Assembly (NCBI GenBank): GCA_902761035.1 | Contig: CACWIW010000003.1 | Span: 508 to 64,507, forward strand | DNA from: an uncultured bacterium | GTDB taxonomy: Bacteria; Verrucomicrobiota; Kiritimatiellia; RFP12; UBA1067 | Length of the DNA: 64,000 nucleotides | Direction: 5' to 3' | Shown here: positions 62,482 through 64,000 of the stretch, piece after piece | Layout: every line of letters begins with the position of its first letter | Position numbering within the stretch: the stretch's first letter is position 1 | Notes under the pieces: model-generated | The model's database searches: none | What the model was told of the DNA's origin: nothing | Seen by the model: the letters and a program-made list of their open reading frames with translations, nothing else | Made by a program: the position numbers and the translations under genes

Positions 62482-63699
62482 ATGGCTAAGAAAATCAATA
62501 AGGTACTGGTTGTAAACTGCGGCTCGTCGTCGCTGAAGTTCCAGCTCTTCGACATGACCGGCGAGAAAATGCTCTGCAAGGGCCTCGTCGAGCGCATCGG
62601 GATCGCGGGTTCGCGTCTCGTCTATACGAAGACGGGCTGCGACAAGATCGTGCGCGAGGTTCCGATGAAAGACCACGTCGAGGCCATCGCGCAGGTGATG
62701 GCCGTCCTGTGCGACCCCGATCACGGGGTCGTGAAGAGCCTCGCCGAAATCGACGCGATCGGCCACCGCGTGGTGCATGGCGGCGACAAGTTCTCCGCCC
62801 CGGCCAAGATCACCGCGGCCGCGAAGAAGCTCATCCAGAAGTGCGTGCCGCTCGCGCCGCTCCACAACCCCGCGAACCTTCAGGGCATCGAGGCGTGCGA
62901 GAAGGCGGCGAAGGGCGTCCCCAACGTGGGCGTGTTCGACACGGCCTTCCACCAGACTATGCCAGGCTGCGCCTACCAGTATGCGCTTCCGCGCAAGGTG
63001 GCGCGGAAGTTCGGAATCCGCAAGTACGGCTTCCACGGCACCTCGCACAAGTTCATCACGCAGGCCGCCGCCGAGTGGCTTAAAAAGCCGCTGAAGAAGG
63101 TGAACCTCGTCACGTGCCACCTCGGCAACGGGTCGTCGCTCGCCGCCGTGAAGAACGGCGAGTGCATCGACACGACGATGGGCCTTACGCCGCTCGACGG
63201 CCTGATCATGGGCACGCGCTCCGGCACGATCGACCCGGGCGTGATCTTCTTCCTCGGCAAGCAGGGCTACACCTTCGACCAGCTCGACAAGATGCTGAAC
63301 AAGGAAAGCGGCTTCCAGGGTCTCGCCGGCGCGCAGGGCGGCGACTCCCGCGACGTGGTTGCGAAGGCCGAGAAGGGCGACATCGACGCAGTTGAGGCGC
63401 TTGAGGCGTTCGGCCACCGCACCGCGATGTACATCGGCGGCTACAACACGCTCGTGGGCGGCGCGGACGCGATCGTGATGGCGGGCGGCATCGGCGAGAA
63501 CGCGGCGGAGCTGCGCGAGCAGATCGTGAAGCGTCTCGGTGCGCTCGGCGTGAAGCTCGACAAGAAGGCGAACCTCAAGGTGCGCTTTGGCGCGTCGGGC
63601 GTGATCTCCACGAAGGATTCCAAGATCCCGGTAATCGTGATCCCCACGAACGAGGAGCTGATGATCGCCAGGGAGACCGTGGCAGTGCTGAAGGGCTAA
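62482..63699 (+). CDS. ackA: acetate kinase
   Basis: The start is MAKKINKVLVVNCGSSSLKFQLFD. Also present are GHRVVHGG, LAPLHNPANL, FDTAFHQTMP, YGFHGTSH and IPTNEELMIA. Confidence 0.95.
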   Translation: MAKKINKVLVVNCGSSSLKFQLFDMTGEKMLCKGLVERIGIAGSRLVYTKTGCDKIVREVPMKDHVEAIAQVMAVLCDPDHGVVKSLAEIDAIGHRVVHGGDKFSAPAKITAAAKKLIQKCVPLAPLHNPANLQGIEACEKAAKGVPNVGVFDTAFHQTMPGCAYQYALPRKVARKFGIRKYGFHGTSHKFITQAAAEWLKKPLKKVNLVTCHLGNGSSLAAVKNGECIDTTMGLTPLDGLIMGTRSGTIDPGVIFFLGKQGYTFDQLDKMLNKESGFQGLAGAQGGDSRDVVAKAEKGDIDAVEALEAFGHRTAMYIGGYNTLVGGADAIVMAGGIGENAAELREQIVKRLGALGVKLDKKANLKVRFGASGVISTKDSKIPVIVIPTNEELMIARETVAVLKG

Positions 63700-63702
63700 A
63701 TC

Positions 63703-63775
63703 ATCTAGGCAATCTAGAAGGTCTAGCGATTCTAGATCTTCTAGAACAACTAGAACAGCTAGAACAACTAGAAGA
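63703..63775. repeat. 9-bp CTAG-phased tandem repeat x8 (nnCTAGAAn)
   Basis: CTAG occurs at 63705, 63714, 63723, 63732, 63741, 63750, 63759 and 63768, which is an exact 9-bp period. The array occupies nearly the whole 84-bp ackA-pta spacer. Confidence 0.9.
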
Positions 63776-63783
63776 AAAGCAAA

Positions 63784-64000
63784 ATGAAAGCGATTGAAAA
63801 GATCATTGAAAGGGCCTCGGCGCTGAACGGCACGGTCGTTCTGCCCGAAGGCATGGACGCTCGCGTGATAATCGCGGCATGCAGCTGCGTTGACCGCAAG
63901 ATATGCACGCCCATCGTACTTGGCACCGCAGAGGAAATCGCGACCGCCGAGGCGAAGGCGGGGCTCTCACTCGCCGAGCACGGCGTCAAGACCATCGACT
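63784..64000 (+). CDS. pta: phosphate acetyltransferase, N-terminal part (3' end outside the window)
   Basis: The ATG at 63784 opens MKAIEKIIERASALNGTVVLPEGMDARVIIAACSCVDRKICTPIVLGTAEEI, which is the typical PTA_PTB start. The gene follows ackA. Confidence 0.8.
   Translation, partial: MKAIEKIIERASALNGTVVLPEGMDARVIIAACSCVDRKICTPIVLGTAEEIATAEAKAGLSLAEHGVKTID

Overview
This is a visibly GC-rich bacterial chromosome segment. I found no rRNA, tRNA, tmRNA or CRISPR array. All calls come from reading the ORF track and the DNA by eye; no searches were run, and domain boundaries are approximate.

Layout:
- (a) 1-23 kb and 62.4-64 kb are mostly housekeeping. In order: a PD-(D/E)XK fragment plus a VapBC-like pair, smc, a damaged tyrA, trpS, scpA-scpB, two LysM envelope proteins, hemB, a GltS-type transporter, the [FeFe]-hydrogenase maturases hydG-hydF, an ispA-like prenyl synthase, a GDPD lipoprotein, rubredoxin-lysS, rpoZ-smpB, a D-aminoacylase, and ackA-pta. 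The combination of hydGF, rubredoxin and ackA-pta suggests a fermentative anaerobe. The giant repeat proteins are reminiscent of PVC-group genomes, but that is inference only.
- (b) 23.4-62.4 kb, about 61 percent of the window, is one co-directional four-gene locus. It encodes a secreted C10 (streptopain-like) cysteine peptidase of 1254 aa, a 2742-aa protein with about 26 Listeria-Bacteroides (InlB B) repeats, a 169-aa coiled-coil lipoprotein, and one uninterrupted 8777-aa ORF. The 8777-aa ORF contains PKD-like domains, about three dozen thrombospondin-type-3-like Ca-binding repeats, one LamG domain, four roughly 2-kb super-modules and eight copies of an unrecognised module. No recognisable secretion or anchoring machinery accompanies these genes. 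This locus is the best candidate for an undescribed system.

Second theme: nearly every intergenic gap is filled with short palindromic elements or strictly phased 7-, 8- or 9-bp tandem repeats belonging to several families. Members of three families also sit in frame inside genes (scpB, and twice in the D-aminoacylase).

Third theme: several housekeeping genes look internally shortened or frameshifted. These are the SMC hinge, tyrA, the hydG C-terminus and ispA region VI. They need read-level verification.
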